This document shows positions 63,807-64,000 of a DNA stretch of 64,000 bases, in pieces. Within the stretch, counting starts at the first letter, position 1. Each line of letters begins with the position of its first letter. This DNA is from Candidatus Zixiibacteriota bacterium (GTDB lineage Bacteria > Zixibacteria > MSB-5A5 > GN15 > FEB-12): the NCBI GenBank assembly GCA_024280215.1, contig JAJRQO010000012.1:50553-114552 (forward strand), in the 5' to 3' direction. The notes under the pieces are model-generated. The model worked only from the letters and a program-made list of their open reading frames with translations, was not told the origin of the DNA and ran no database searches. The translations under genes and the position numbers were made by a program.

Positions 63807-64000
63807 ATGTCTGATAAAGCACTAGGATTGATTGAGACCAAAGGATTGATTGGTGCAATAGAAGCAGTCGATGCTGCCGCCAAAGCAGCCGCTGTTGTTG
63901 TATCATCAGTTGAACTGACCGAAGCAGCCTTCATGACTTTAAAAATCGAAGGCGACTTAGGAGCAGTGCAGGCAGCTGTCGAAGCAGGAGCAGCAGCAGC
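63807..64000 (+). CDS. Bacterial microcompartment shell protein, BMC-H (PF00936-type), N-terminal 64 codons; continues beyond the window
   Basis: Not in the ORF track because it has no stop in-window. MSDKALGLIETKGLIGAIEAVDAAAKAAAVVVSSVELTEAAFMTLKIEGDLGAVQAAVEAGAAAA is the PduA/EutM/CcmK-type hallmark sequence. Confidence 0.85.
   Translation, partial: MSDKALGLIETKGLIGAIEAVDAAAKAAAVVVSSVELTEAAFMTLKIEGDLGAVQAAVEAGAAA

Noticed and set aside
63802-63809. Minimal start-stop ORF (ATGTAATG) overlapping the BMC-H start codon
   Set aside because: This is very likely chance in AT-rich DNA. There is no SD and no way to support a function from sequence alone.
63746-63934. 62-aa minus-strand ORF at the window end
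   Set aside because: It is antisense to the clear BMC-H coding sequence. Its Ala-rich translation mirrors the Ala-rich shell protein.

Overview
AT-rich 64-kb chromosomal window from a diderm bacterium. It has LolCDE-type lipoprotein export, a T9SS-type C-terminal sorting domain and CarboxypepD_reg-type envelope proteins. The gene content looks like the FCB group or a candidate phylum, but the lineage cannot be fixed from sequence alone. I count about 52 protein-coding genes. I found no rRNA, no convincing tRNA, no CRISPR array, and no transposase or integrase.

Main blocks:
1. 1-9400 (minus): a complete alternative complex III operon (actABCDEF), followed by a small TM protein and an SCO1-type protein, with heme O synthase upstream.
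2. 9.5-15.5 kb: envelope and glycan genes (DUF5686-like protein, GT2, DUF547, O-antigen-ligase-like protein).
3. 15.6-21 kb: a redox, thiol and metal cluster. It holds a Zn-ADH, a His-rich metal transporter, bacilliredoxin, Fe/Mn SOD, and a TlpA-like oxidoreductase next to a small secreted 6-Cys peptide.
4. 21-40 kb: a large T9SS-tailed protein, a histone-H1-like/SANT-like basic protein, an AI-2E transporter, an M14 peptidase, a Grx-like protein, an SDR epimerase, a VWA/YfbK-like protein, a transglutaminase-like protein, an unusually long GlpX-like protein, and rsmE.
5. 41-48.6 kb: an ECF sigma/anti-sigma module, a MshEN...DUF4388 signalling protein, and ftsB-like, recO and glyQS genes.
6. 48.9-50.7 kb: a hemerythrin-like gene, then an AT-rich islet carrying an NYN (PIN-like) RNase gene preceded by a terminated leader or sRNA.
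7. 50.7-60.4 kb: a frameshifted pcrA/uvrD, a solitary rpmA, and a lolC/E-lolD-mcsA-mcsB-clpC string.
8. 60.6-64 kb: a small membrane protein translationally coupled to a TPR-type sigma-54 activator. A good -24/-12 promoter follows, with a terminator-containing leader and the first (partial) BMC-H shell gene at the window edge.

Almost every longer intergenic region is filled with short palindromic REP-like repeats. They fall into two head classes, GTAGG-headed and TGTCA-headed, and many stem variants. Several double as intrinsic terminators. They pile up at 30.4-32.0 kb and 53.3-53.7 kb.

The most promising leads for undescribed biology are:
- the leader-terminator-NYN module;
- the TPR-bEBP, sigma-54 promoter, leader and BMC locus;
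- the Cys-rich peptide with its TlpA-like neighbour;
- the inverted-repeat-flanked cassette at 30.56-31.72 kb.
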